From the human T2T-CHM13v2.0 reference genome, Homo sapiens, in assembly GCF_009914755.1 (NCBI RefSeq), contig NC_060931.1: 64,000 bases of DNA. The stretch is one strand, 5' to 3'. The translations under genes and the position numbers were made by a program. Below the pieces are notes generated by a model, which was given only the letters and a program-made list of their open reading frames with translations, had not been told where the DNA came from and did no database searches. This document shows, in pieces, positions 30,356-45,500 of this stretch (the stretch's first letter is position 1; each line of letters starts with the position of its first letter).

Positions 30356-31256
30356 ACCATTGTCATTTTAAGGACTTAACCACCCTACTATAAATAGCAC
30401 TTGTAACAGCACTATATCTGTCATGCCTTGGGAAATGCATAAATTGTTAAGATTGACCTAAGCTGTAAAAATGCAGGAAGTTGAAACACAGATGTGTAGG
30501 CACTGTATCAAATGTATCCTGTTTCCAAGTTCAGTTCCTTTCCCAATGACCCCCTCAAAAATGTTTTTCTAAAATTAACTGGATTTGTGATATATCTGTC
30601 CTTATATTTTCTGAATTCAAAATAATTTCCTTCTTGAAGCTACAGAATTCTGCAACTTTGCAATAGGTTTCTAATATTTCCAATATCTCAGGCCTTTATT
30701 CAAAAGAAAATGCCAGATCTTTTCAAGAGAAACCCTGAATTTATGTTAGAAAGAGAAATTCAAGCTATAAATTGTACAAAATAATATCTAAAATTCTTAT
30801 AGTATAAGAAGTCAACTTCAAGCTTATTTATAGCTTTAAAGTAATTTAGGGTTTAGAGAGAAGAGAGATTAATGTTCCTATTCTAGTAGACTCAATAAAA
30901 TATTTGTTTTTATGTTGCAATTTTTAAGCAGAATATTTTCTACAAAGTCAGGAAAAGTAGGCAATCATCAAATAGCTTTAAAAAATTCTGAGCTTCACCA
31001 TAGAGGGAATGTAAATTGAAAAATGTGATTTGGATTCTGTGATTCTTTAGGAATCTCAGATTCTACATACCTCTGTACTACAAAAACTAAACTTATTGTT
31101 GATATAGTGGTTAGTGAATTTTAATAATTAGGTATATAAACCACAGTGTTTAGTTGCAGCAAGCATGTCAGGAATGAGTGATTGGCCTTTGTATGTTCTA
31201 CTTGTAAGTTGCATGTACTAAATGGCACGTCCATGCTGTGGAAGGAAAAGGGGTAT

Positions 31257-31580
<324 letters not shown>

Positions 31581-31770
31581 AGAAAAGGTGTACGTATGTC
31601 AGATGATACAATGCAGCATTATACTTATTTTTGAAGAGATTTGCTGTTTGTTAATCATTTGCCTCAAGATTAAATTAAATATTTATTATATTCTGCTGAC
31701 ATATATGTGGTAGTTTGAAATGGTTCTCTACTTTCTTGTGTAAAGGTAAATAAATGCAACGTAAACACAA

Positions 31771-31895
31771 GCAGTCTTCATTATTGATAGTAATTATGTG
31801 CTATAAAGTTGCCAGGAACACTGATTTAGCGAATACTGAATTATTTCTCCTAGGGGAAGTATAGGTTTAGGTTTCAGTGAGCCTCTGGTCACTAC
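31771..31895. mobile_element. MER82-like Tigger fragment
   Basis: ctataaagttgccaggaacactgatttagcgaatactgaa...ctcctaggggaa...gagcctctggtcac. Confidence 0.6.
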
Positions 31896-32673
31896 AGTTT
31901 TTGAGAGGACACAAACACTCATACCGTAGCGTTCTGCCCCAAAACCCCAAAATTCACACAATTCTCACACACAAAATGCGTTTATTCCATCTCAATAGCC
32001 CCAACAGTCTTAATTCATTTCAACATCAATTTTAAATTCTAACTCCAAAGTCTCATCTAAATAACATCTAAATCAGATGTGGGTGAGACTCAAGGTGTGA
32101 TTCATCCAGGGCAAACTGCTCTCCTGCTGTGAACTTGTGAAATCAAACAAGTTGTGTACTTCGAAAATACAATGTGGGACACACATAGAATAGACATTAT
32201 CACTTTAAAAGGAAAAAAAATAGGAAAGAAGAAAAAGGTAACAGGTCCCAATTTAAAGTCCCAAGCCCCGAATATCCTGCCACCTAGATGGTTCTCTGCA
32301 GTAGCCCCACCTCCATGGTGGCTCTGTGCCTGGGTCACCAGCTCACGGCTCTTTCATGCTAGAATCACACACTGGTGGCTTCTACCGGTTTTGATGGCGG
32401 CAAAACTTGGGGCAGCCGCAACCCCATGGCACCTCTATACATTGCCCTAGAAGGGACTCTGTGGAGATCTTGCAGAGCAACAGATCTCTTCCTGAGTTCT
32501 GCAACTTCCCAGGGCATCCTCATTTCTGTCTGAGACCTCATCGGAATGGCCTTTATCACCCAAATTTCTATCAACATTCTGTTCACGGCCACTTAGGTAT
32601 ACCTTAAGAAGATTGAGGTTCTTTCTACAGCTCTCCTCTTTTCTTCTTAAGTCCTCACCAGAATTACCCTTAA

Positions 32674-32997
<324 letters not shown>

Positions 32998-33258
32998 TTA
33001 TTATTATTTTTTTAAAGCATGAACTTTGTAAGCCTTCCAGCCTCTGCCCATGGCCATGCTCCAAAAATGTTCCTACGTTTTTAGTATTTGCTGCAGCAGG
33101 ACTCTACTTGAGTAGCAATTTTCTGTCTTAGTCTGTTTGGCCTGCTATAACAGAATAATATAAACTAGATAGCTTATAAATAACAGAAATCTAATTTTGC
33201 AAGTTCTAATGTCTGAGAAGTCCAAAATCTAGGTACCAAGAGATTTGGTATCTGATGA

Positions 33259-33652
<394 letters not shown>

Positions 33653-35665
33653 TCTGGGGCAGCTTTTATGAGAGAACTAATTTCATTCATGAGGACTTCA
33701 CCATCATAACCTAATCACATCTAAAGGCCCCAACTCCTAACACTGTAACATTAAGAATAAGGTTTTAACATAGGAATTTTGGGAGGACACAAACATTCAG
33801 AACATAGCAGTTAATAAAATATTTGTAAAATTTATATATGTATATATATATATTTTCTTTTTAGTAAGTTCTATTTCAAATCTCAGTGAATAAGTTTCAG
33901 ATGTATGTTGTTTCATTGTCTTTCATTGTTTTTCTTGCTTCTTTCTTTTTTTCTTTTGAATCTGACATCACTACAATATTGATTTTTGTTTCTACCTTCA
34001 TTTTATAATCATATACCTTACCAAGCTACAGAAACGAGGCAGAAAAACAATTTCCATTTTATTTCAGTACATCTTCCTAAAACTGGATCCTGGTTTGCTT
34101 AGTTGTTATTAACAACACTTGATGAGCTATTATTAATTAAATAATTATCTTTTATCTCAAATGTGGAGGTTCTTGTTCCTATGAAGCCCACCCTTCCCTT
34201 TAGCAGCAGCAACAACAAAACGACAGGCAGCTTCTCCCTTCATATGGGTCCTGACAGATGAGCCTTTTGGACCCCTCGTAAAAGTAGTAAATGCACCTTT
34301 TTCTTTTATTTACATTAACATTTGTTTTTTCTTAACCATGCTCTCTCTATTGATTTAGCATTAATCATGTTGTTTCCTACAGAATTTACCTTTTGAAAAA
34401 TAAAAACACAGGCAGATACATACTGGTTATTCACAGGAAAATTAGGGTGTAATTATTAGCAGACTAATTGTTTCAGATTTACTATGATCCATGAAGTCTT
34501 GTATTTGACAGCTTAAAGAACTATGTGGCCAAGAAGACATAAATGTGGGCCAGTAGCTAGCAGCCTCTGCATAATACAACTCCAAATCAACTGGTGAACA
34601 TTTAAATTGGAGTAATTTAATTAAAAATTTGAATTTCTGGGCTTCCTTGAAAATGTATTGTTTGAATAACACCAGCATTCCTGCATATCATAAGTTACCT
34701 CCATGTGAATAGGGACAGCCCCTTTTATCCACAACATATCCCAAACACTGCATGAATCCTCTGCCATCATGGCTGAGCTTTTAATCTCTTCATTAGAATC
34801 TCTTTTTGGTTGATTTTCTAATCAGGGAAATATGTCTCTCTTGGTCATATTGCTATCAAAAGTAAGAAAGTAAAAGATCAATAGAACGACATGATATTTA
34901 TAACCAGCCAGCATCACACATTTGTATAAACTGCTTGTCTTCTCTGAGCATTGAAGTTGTGACTTCTAATTTTAGAAGCTACAAATCATTTTATCTCTGT
35001 CAGGACTGGTTCTCGCCACAAGTTGTGTAAGTACTGCTCATTTATGAAAATAAATTAATTCAACCTCTTCTTCATGGCCCCAGTGAGTGTGCAGGTGTCA
35101 TGAAGTAATGGACAGCACCCAAGTTCACAGTGAATCAGATTCCCTCCAATGCCCAAATCACTGAGGTGTGTTCACGAGCAGACCACAGAGTACTGTTTTT
35201 AGTGTTTTACCAGACAGGACCTAACTGCTCTAGCAAAGAGGAAAGAGAACATTATCTCACAACATGTGTACCTTTTGAGCTTTACTAAGCCTATTTTATG
35301 GTTGAGGTAAAATTTTCACCCAAAGGTATGTGAAATCAAACCAAAATTACAGAATTGTTGTAATATATTGCACCATATGCATAACCTCAAAAGATACTGC
35401 ACACATATGTCCCAATCTCTCACAAATAAGAGAAAATCATTTGTACCAACTAATTTAGCTTTCAGGAAAGCACAGAAAGTAAAATAAATAAAAATGACAT
35501 TTTTTCCTAATCACCTATTACATATTGCTACTCGTCCTGACAAATTTGTAGGGGTTGTTGATGGATGTATAGCGTTCAGAACATTAATGATTTTACAAGT
35601 TTAAAGTAATGGTGTTTGTTCATGTACATATGTGTGGATGAATAGTTGTATGGATGGATGGATGA

Positions 35666-36028
35666 TGTATTAGTTGGTTTTCATGCTGCTGATAAAGATG
35701 TACCCAACACTGGGCACTTTACAAAAGAAAGAGGTTTAATGGACTTACAATTCCTCATGGCTAGGGAGGCCTCACCATCATGGCGGAAGGTGGAGGGGAC
35801 CTTGAACATGGCGGCAGCAAGAGAAAGAATGAGAGCCAAGAGAAACGGGTTTCCCTTTATCAAACCATCAGACGTTGTGAGACTTATTCACTCCCACTAG
35901 AACAGTATGAGGGAAACGGTCCCTATGATTCAGTTATCTCCCACCAGATCCCTCCCACAACACGTGGGAATTATGGGAGTACAATTCAAGATGAGATTTG
36001 GGTGGAGAAACAGAGACAAAGCATATCA
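35666..36028 (-). mobile_element. THE1 (THE1B-like) solo LTR
   Basis: 363 bp, TG...CA termini, perfect 5-bp TSD gatga (35661-35665 and 36029-36033), THE1 motifs. Confidence 0.92.
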
Positions 36029-37028
36029 GATGAATTTGAAAAGGATAGCGCATAGAAATTTTGGATAGCTAAAGAAGTAACAAACTAAGATTCTGTGTAA
36101 AAATTAAGATGGTGGGAAAATGAATTCGAATATGTAGCGTGTTTCAAAGAGGAATTTTTGACATTTTGTTTTTGTTTTCAGGGTACTGTCAATTTCATTT
36201 TAAATTCTGAGGCTTTGTAATATTGGATTTATCATACACCTGGAGTCAGCCACAACTGTAAATTTTGATCTGAAATTCTTCAGTTAGTATAAAATCCCTA
36301 ACTGCTTTGAAATTCTGTGTAGTGATAATGCATCATCTGAATGCTTTGCATCCTTTAATGACATAGGTATCTTCTGAATTCTGGCTTTGCGTAACTGTTG
36401 CCAACACTGTAAGAACATCAGCTCGTTTGAGGCTGGGTCTTTGTTCTCTCTGTTTCTGGGCCCTTTCCACGCCCTTTCTCCTCTCCCTCACTAGCACAGG
36501 AGTTATCTTTCCAATGCAAACCTGGACATGCATTTTCCACTTAGAATACCATCATTACACACATGGGCCCTCAGCTTCCTCAGGGAGCATTAAGTCTTTA
36601 ATCCTCCAATTCTCACCCTGCACATGAATTGTAAGCCTTATGTAGTAAAGTCACAAACAACTGAGCGTTTTTAGAACAGTCGAATGTGCTATTCCCCTAT
36701 CTGTCTGAATTTATCTTACTCAGTCTTAATTCTCTTTTCACTGGAAAGTTCCTGTATTGTTTTTTGTTTGTTTTTTAACTCACCCCATTACTTCCACAAC
36801 CCCAGTCTTGACACAATGTTATGGATGTAGAAGATACTTCAGAGTCCAGAAGTTGATCTTAGACATTTAATAATGGTTTCTAAAATTTGCTTTAAAGGAG
36901 CTTTTTGCAGGTCTATGGACTAACTTTTGCCAACAATTCCTAGGCTTTTGTTTGATCAAAACTGATTTTTCACTTCTTTTCTAAGATATGGTAAAATAAT
37001 TTTCTGTACTGAGTGTTTTCTAATATAG

Positions 37029-37720
37029 TTTATTAGTAGAAAATTTGAGACACAGTAAGGCCAACATATCAGAAAACACCTGCCGTGAAAAGATACTAAT
37101 ATTTTATTACTTTATTAATACTTTATATTATTGATACGATATTTATAACCAGCCAGCATCACACATTTGTATAAACTGCTTGTCTTCTCTGAGCATTGAA
37201 GTTATTTTATTTTATATAAATACAATTATTACTTTATTAAAATACATGACATTTATTTACTTTATTACTTTTATTACTGTGGCAGGCCATCCCACAGGGT
37301 GTAGACCAGAGGTAGGGAGCTCAGGGAAGCACCAGGATCTGTCAGGAGGTAGAGGGGATGAGGGAACTGTGGGCAAGGTCCTTTATTGTAGTTTCCATGG
37401 GAAGGGATAGGTGCAGCAGGGTAAGCAGGCTTAGGTCTGGCTAACTGGAATAATTATTCCAGTGAGTTCTGGGGCACAGAGGCTGATCCTAGTTGTCTTG
37501 TACCTGATTCTGGGATGAATAGGGAAGACGGATCATGGTCCAGAAGAGAGAAAGCTGGATAAAGGAAGCAGTTGGGGTGTGGACTCTGGATTGATTGCTT
37601 TATATTTGGAAAGTGTGCTTACCATCTCTAGAAATTGGCTAACTCTGGGAAGACCAGTCCCTCTAGGGTCAGCAAGGCCCCAGATGTCAAAGCATTGGAG
37701 CACAGAGATTAAAATACATG
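37029..37720. mobile_element. Old ERV LTR (LTR40-like, tentative) interrupted by an AT-rich insert
   Basis: GC-richer LTR-like motifs (gggaagcaccagg, gggtaagcaggcttagg) broken at ~37096-37278. Confidence 0.45.
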
Positions 37721-39607
37721 GTCAGGATAGAGGGGAAGTTGAAGCCATGGCAGCTCCAAGAAATGACACAGGTGGCTGCCATTACCCCTGCTCCCACCCT
37801 CCACAGCTACCAGCCTCCGTTTACTCATAGGGATAATTGATTTTTTCCTCAATATTATATAAATTACTATGAAAAGAGTGCCTAAAAACAAGTTGCTTAT
37901 CACTATTTGTAACTAAACTGCTATCTTTATATAGTATCAAAATTTGGACAGAACACTGACAATGATATTTTAAATGGAATTAGAAGGTGAACTGAATAGA
38001 GATTTTAAAAATTCCGAAATAAATGTTGGGAATAATTTAAATCAAAAGACATTCTGAGGAGTTTCTTGATGTCTGGTTTCTTTCCTCATCTGTGTAGCAT
38101 TTACTTAGGATTTATAATTCTAGATAGTCTTTTCGCCAGCAAAAAAACTAGATTTTGTGTGGTCAAAAGTTGTAGAGCTATTTTCAGTAAACAGCGAAGG
38201 CGAGAAGGCGAGTCTAATTTATTTGACTTTTTGATTTACAAAAATAAATAAAAACAGCTTCCACATGGATTTCCTACAAATAGATTATATGCTAATTTTC
38301 AGAAATTGTTATTATTTCTGCATTATTGGATATATGAGAGTTATAACCCTGCTTAGAAATAGATCACTCTGATTTTCTGATATCTTGTGGGTAATGAGTG
38401 GATGAGAGCGAGGACAGAATATAGGTGTGTGCATGTGTTTGTGTGTATGTGTATGGGGGGTGTATGTGTGTGTGAATGTCCATTTTGGGAGGCATAGGGT
38501 ACCTCAGTGGGCTTTTTTGTCTCTTCACGTTGAATAATGTGATATCTAATGCTATAACTTTAAAAAGTTACTAATATTTTCCTGTGTCTGTTTTTTGTGA
38601 TTCATTGGGCCAACCAGATGATTAGCCATTTATGGTTTATCATATATACATTTTTTATGGAGTAAGTCAAAAATTAAAATATGTAGGAGTCAATTGATCT
38701 TGCCTCTGAAAATCAATAACCATTTCAGATTAGCATACAATGACTGCTCTAAAAGGTGTTTAAAACTTAGTGACTTTAATCTTGGAATATGCAAGTTCCT
38801 CATTAATGCATTTAATTCAAAGGAAATTATATATTCTTTATTTAAACTCATACAGGAGTTCAATGTTTTGGCCTTTGACTTATAAACAAATAACTCCAGT
38901 GTAAGTATAATAAAAGCATGTTATGTTTAAACCATTTATTCATATCAGACACTCATAGTTGTAAGAGTTGTGTAGCCTTAAATCATGTATAAATCTGTAC
39001 TCTTAGAAAGTAAACTGCACGGTCACAGGCATAGTTTAGAGGGGAAATAATAACACAGTGGAATTCTCCTTTTGCCTTGTTTCAAACCTAAATGATGTTT
39101 CAATCAGTTTAGAAAGTGTTTATGCTGCCAGGAATCCAAAACGGAACAATCCAAAGCCTGTATCCTAGAAGAGCTTCAAGTCCACAGGAAAAATCACGCC
39201 CAAAAGAAGATAACTTCAATATAATGTGAGAAGTAAAATGATAAAAGTATGCAAGGAACTAGGGGACAATAGACCAAGGCTGTTTCACACAGGCAGGCTT
39301 TCTAGTGGTGAGGCTTATCTGAGGCTTAGAAGATGCCTAAAAGTAAACTAGAACAAGAAAAATGGCTGCTCACTGAAGAAAGTGAGCATAGCCCGAGGAA
39401 AGGTGCTATGTGAAGTTTGCGAGGAATTCAATCCGTTTACCATCAGGAGCACATAAAAAGAAAGATGGCACTAAAAATGAGCCTGGACGGGAAGGCAGGA
39501 GCTATATCATTGAGGGTGGTATAGGCCACACTGAAGAACCTGGCTTTTGATCTTTTTTGGAAAGAGTTTATTTCAAAAAGGTCTTTCCAGCTTCTGTGTG
39601 ATGGTTT

Positions 39608-40320
39608 TAAGACGGGAGAGTTCCCTGGACCCCTTCACGGGACTTGCAACAAGGGTGTGGCTCCATTTCTCGCTCAAGCCCCTTTTGGGAGGAGGAGCAT
39701 GCAGGTGAGCTGGAGCGAGCGCTTTTGGGCCCTGGCTCCACGGCAGTGTCTAGGGGTGTTGCAGTGCTCTTTTAGCTTTGCCATCTGTGGCTGGTTAAGT
39801 GTTAACCAGTTCAGTGGAGAGTCAGGGTGACAGCCTTTTATACCCTGTCCTCTTGATACGCAGGTCCTTGTCTGGCATTCAGAAAGAATCAGGTCACATG
39901 GACTTGAAGGATGGTGAATGCAGGGATTTTACTGAGTGATGGAGGTGGCTCTCAGCGGTATGGATGGGGAGCTGGAAAGGAGATGGAGTGGGAAGATGAT
40001 CTTCCCCTGGAGTTCAACCACCCCACGGCCATTCTCCTATCTGACTGTCCCCAGCCAAACCCCTCTTGATGTACAGACGCTTCCTCTCTTCTCTCCTTCT
40101 CTGCTGTGCCGCTCTTCTGTTCTACTGCTCGTCTGTTCATGGAGCCTGGGGTTTGGATTTATGAGTATAGGATGGGGAGCACGGCAGGCCAGGGTGGTTT
40201 TGAAAGAAGCAACAATTGGGCAGGAAAACGGGATAACTGTTCTCATTTAGCACCACGGTTTGCGGGCTTGAGGGCGGAGCCTTTGCCGGGGAACCACCCT
40301 CTTGTCTCCTGTTCATATCA
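39608..40320 (-). mobile_element. ERV1 solo LTR (LTR1/LTR27/LTR28 group)
   Basis: Minus strand begins tgatatgaacaggagacaag..ggttccccggcaaagg and ends gggaactctcccgtctta; GC-rich with several CpGs retained. Confidence 0.75.
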
Positions 40321-42104
40321 GTTGGATTTAAGAGAAATAAGACCAAAGGATGAGAATTGGTCATTTAACAATGTTAATACAATAGGCAACATGTGAGGTA
40401 ATGGTAGGCTCATGATAGTACATATAAAAGTAAACTATGAGTTTTAAAAATATCAAAGTGAAATATCAAATTGAAATATCAAATTTCAATTAACAATCAT
40501 TGCACCTCAAATGAACTCATTGGCTATATGATACTGCCACTGCACAAAGCTCTATATTTCACAGGTCTTGGAAGTCGCTAAATGTAGGTAGGCAAAAAGA
40601 AAAAAAAAAAAAAAAAAAAAAAAGAAGCTCAAGAAAGTTCCAGATCTCTGGCTTGAGTGACTGGATAATGGATATAATAAAAGTAGTGGGGCCCAGAGAA
40701 AGAATTATATGTTGAGCAGGTAGAGTGAGATGTGCCTGTGGAATATCCATGTGGATCAGCCTTCCAAGTTACTGGATTGGAATCTAAATGGTATGCAGAA
40801 ATGAAATCAGAGTCCTTTGATATTGTTGTCACTGTCCTAGGGAATATCAAGCACTGAAGGGGAAAGCAACATATTTTAAGCAGAAATATTGCACAAACTG
40901 TGAGATGCTGGCCTTCAGGAAAGAAGAGCCTTGAGGTTTTTTGTTTTGTTCCATTTTCCCCAAAGTAGAAGTGATTTTCAGATTCTATCTCTAGATCATT
41001 TTTAAAGGATCTGGAGAAGGCTCATTTGCTACTATTACTCTAAATTAGCTATAATGACATTTTGAAATTATTTTATCTGTTTAGGTTTATATCATAGATA
41101 CATTGAAAAAAAGAAAGGCAGTGGGTTAGGAGGAAGAAAGTATTCAGATAAAAGCAATGTGTAGATGGAATGAGATTGAGTCCACCAGAGTTGTGTCTGT
41201 TCTAGGACTGAGTCAATTTAAAATAATGGAATACATTCTTGCCCACCACCACAGCTCCCCAAAAGTAACCTAATGTTACCAGTCTTTTCATCTGACTATT
41301 GAAACCTCAAGTATATTTGTAGTTGTAGCACCAAGATGGATCAGCGAGATTCTTGAAATTTCTTCCAATCTAGTGACTCTAATTTTTTAATGAAGTATGA
41401 AATAATAGTGTTTATTATACCTTAATCCAATTAATAGAAATATGAGTGACAACATTCACACATTCTACAAATATTTAATAAATATTCACTGTTTTTCAGG
41501 CACTGTTTTAAGTGCTGGGCTTTAGAATGGAACAAAACTAAGTCTCAGAGGAGATATGCTGTAAATATACAAACATCAATGTATCAGGTAGAGATAAATT
41601 CCATAAAAATGAATAAAGCTGCGTGAATAGAGAGGAGGTAAAGTTGGCAGTCACACTTTTTATAAAGAATGATCAATGTATCTAAAATATTGACATCTGA
41701 CAATGAAAATAATACACAGATTTGCATGTGTGTGAAATTTGCAAAATAAGCAAATTCTATCTTCTAGTATTTTTAAACTTCAGTTTCAGAAATGAAATGT
41801 ATTTCAAACTCTTGAAGTGACTTGGTATTTATTTGCATAAACTATATAGTATTCGATTCTGTACTAACTGGTTAATATACATTTTTACTATTTTTTTAGA
41901 TTCATATGCTTTATATGTATTTGAGAAATATATATGCTTTTACAAAATTTAAAGTTCCAAATTTACTAGTTTTTAATTAGTTTATTTTTTATAAAAGAAG
42001 TCTTTAATTTTGTTTCCTTTTTTCTCTAAAAATCTATATAATTTTTTACCTTTATTGAATTATTATATAATTGAAAAATAAAAATTGTATATATTTGAGA
42101 TATA

Positions 42105-42560
42105 TGATTCCACAACTCTGTGATATTCTCCCCAAATATCAATAATGCAGTCTAGTCCTAAGAAAACGTCAGACAAATCCAAACTGAGAAAGATTCTACA
42201 AAGCACCTGGCTGGTGCTCTTCTAGAGGGTCAAGGTTATGAAAGACAAGGAAAGAATTGGAAACTGTTGCAGATTAGAAGTGACTAGGGAGGCATCATAA
42301 CTAAATGCAATCTGAGATCCTGGATTGAATCCTAGAACAGCAACAAAAAAGTATTAGTGAAACCCTGGTGAAGTCCAAGTATAATCTGTATTTGAGTGAA
42401 TGCCACTTAAGTTAGTATTTTCATTTTGACAAATGTGCCAGGTTATATAAAATGTTAATATTAGAGGAAGCTGGGTGAAACATATGAGAATTCTATCTTT
42501 CCAACTACCTTTTCAGCTTTTCTCTAAATCTAAAATTTTTCCAAAATAAAAAGTTTGTGA
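42105..42560 (+). mobile_element. Old L1M (L1MC/ME) 3' end
   Basis: cagacaaatccaaactgag...gatcctggattgaatcctagaacag...tctaaatctaaaattttccaaaataaaaag. Confidence 0.65.
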
Positions 42561-45500
42561 AAATAAAAACAAAACTTCCACCACAATTTTTATTGAAGAA
42601 GTTGGACATTTAACTAATGGTACATTTTTAGCTAATCAAAATCCTGTTTTAGAAAACAAAATTATGAAATAAGGTTTAAAAAATGTACAGTAACAAAAAT
42701 CAAACACAAACTATATACAGTATTATCCATATGTGTATCTATGTACATACGTAAAGATTCTTTATATGCAATTTAAAATAATCACAAATAGTATATTATC
42801 ATTGGTTATTTCAGTAAAAAATGAAATAATGCCTTTTAAATTTTTTTTCTTTAAACCTTTTTGTTTCTTTCGGATCCCCTATAAAAGTAACTGAAAACAT
42901 TTGATGGGGAAACGGTATTAAAAGTAACTCTTGAATATTTATTTGTTGATATGCTATATTTACATACTTTTTAATTTTTTCAAATAAGTAGACTACAGTT
43001 TCAAATTATATATTCTTTTATAAGTGTCTTTTATTAAGATTAATAAAAAATTTTAATTAAACCATGCAATTTCCCTGTACTATAAATATTATATCACCCC
43101 AAACTCAAATTATTAGTGTACATTTTGGACCATGACTAACTGAAATGAAATTCTCCCTCTCTCTCTCCCACTGTCTTTATTCTTCTCCCTTCCTCCCTCA
43201 TATATATATATATATATGAATTATTCCATACCTTATATAGTTGGATAGATATTTAGGTAAATATGTAAAATGTAGGATATGCACCAGTTAAGTACCCATT
43301 AACACTGGTGATTTTTCGTGGTTGGGATTCACTCTCTACTTTCTATATTTCTGTATTGCTTAATTTCTTTTGATCAATAGACATAGTTTGTAATAAAATA
43401 TATAGCAAAGATATCTTTTAAAATTAAAATATCAAATAAACTTAAAATTTTAATATTAAAATGTTTATATGGTAAACACTTCTTCAAATTATCTTATTCA
43501 AAGTTAGAAAGTGAAGACTAAGGAACAATAAAATGTTTTTGAAAAAGCGTTTTCTACCATGATGATTTGATGAATTGGGCATATTACCAGCTTGCTGAGC
43601 TTTTGTTAGGAACAAAATTGTGGAAACACTATGATTTTGCATTCATTTTTTGACTAGCCATTATTGTTCAGATTGCTTAAACAGTTCAACCATACATATT
43701 TAATCACCGCATCGAAAACTTAATTCTAGGGAGTGATAAGCAATCAGGATAATAGAAGAAAAAAGTGGCTTGTCCCCAAATAAGCACAGCGCATTATTAG
43801 ATATCAAATGAAATTTTAATCTATTTTTGTAGGAAACAGAGCCAAACTGTGATGGATGTTCTTTACATTGTTGTAGAATATCCCAGACTTTTTAAAGAGT
43901 ACATGGTATGTGTTAAAGTGTAAATATCATAGATTACTTCTAGAAATTTTATAATTTTCAAGCCAGCTCTGAGCTTACATCCACAAGAGGATGTGCTGAT
44001 ATTTTGGAAGCATTTAACCCATTCATAGAATAACAACTTTTAAATTTTGTTTTAGATAGATGGATAGATAGGTGGGAAAATATGTTGAAACTTTTTCTTT
44101 TTCTTTGTAGGGAATCTAGGTTACAGAGAATTTTGTTTCCCAGCTGACCCTGACAACTTACCATTTGTAAAGTGAGACTTGGTCTACATGAATAGCTGTC
44201 CTTCCTGTTTTTATTAATATCTTAGGATTGTCTGAAAAAAATAAGCCATCTTCATCTTTTCTGTCACATTTTCTCATTGCTCTAAAAGTAAGACAGGAAT
44301 GCATTAACATTTGCGTAAATCATTACTCTGTACCTAGAACTAAATGTGTTTTGATTTAGAAGAAAGTATAGAGGAGGTGATTCTTGTTCCCTGAGTAAAA
44401 GCTCAGGGAACGTTTACTTCCTGAAAGATGAATTAGAAATATTTTATGTCAATTAAAATATGCTAAAGGTGTATAAAACAAGATGTGTCTATTATTTAAC
44501 TGTCACTGATAGGAAATTGACTGCAAAACTACTGTCTAGAGTTCAGAATTTACTGTCATCTGTTTTTCTTTTATTCACTTTTCAAGATAAAAAGTATCAT
44601 CAACTGCTGGATTATACGTTCTCCTTTATTTCTCATTGCACATGAAAAAGATATTGCCATTGAAATTCAGCTGTGACAGTATATAGGATTAAGCTGAAGT
44701 TTAATTGGCTTTGCAGTGTTAGCAGAAGCCAAAATTAAACGATTGATTTTTTCCCTCATATTAAAATAAACCTCTGTGATTCACAGTCTCAGAGAACAGA
44801 ATTCTGTTGATTAAGAAAGTCTTTTTATGGGCAATAAAGAGCTGATTATAAGAATTAAAATTTAAAGTTTAAGGTCATATTTTTTCTGAATGTTTTATAA
44901 TATAACATTGTACAAACTTATTTAAAAGCATAAATATTTGAGATACTAGCATAGATATTTTCAAAGTATGTGAAAGCCATCAATGATTTGAAAGGCATGC
45001 TTAGATTTCATTTTATTCGAAGTAACTGTATGCACAACAATTCACTTTATAGAATTAAGTAAACTCAACACAAAAAAGGAGTGGATGTGGTTCTGGCAGC
45101 CCTGCATCTCTACTGTGGCCCCCAAAGGAATTTATTTGGTGGTATGCTCCACTTACAAGGCAAACCAAAGTGTTCCTCGTGGTGATTGGAGTAAACAAGT
45201 GCCAGAGAACTAGGACATGAAATGAGAAAATATTTCTCTGACAGGCTTTAAACTGGCTATTATTTTTCTCCAATGTCTCCCTCTGGAGTTCTTTAGCCAG
45301 ACCTTACCCAAAACCTAGAGGCTAGCTTTGTCCAGACTTGTAATTCTAAAGTTATTAGAGCTGTTCCGTTTGACTAGGCTTTCTATGATTTAAAAATGAA
45401 AAGCTTACAGAAATAGTCTATTGAAAAGATTTTTAACAGTGAAGATTTGATCATGGTAACGAAGCTTCTATTTGAACTCAATATTTGATTTGAATGGTTA

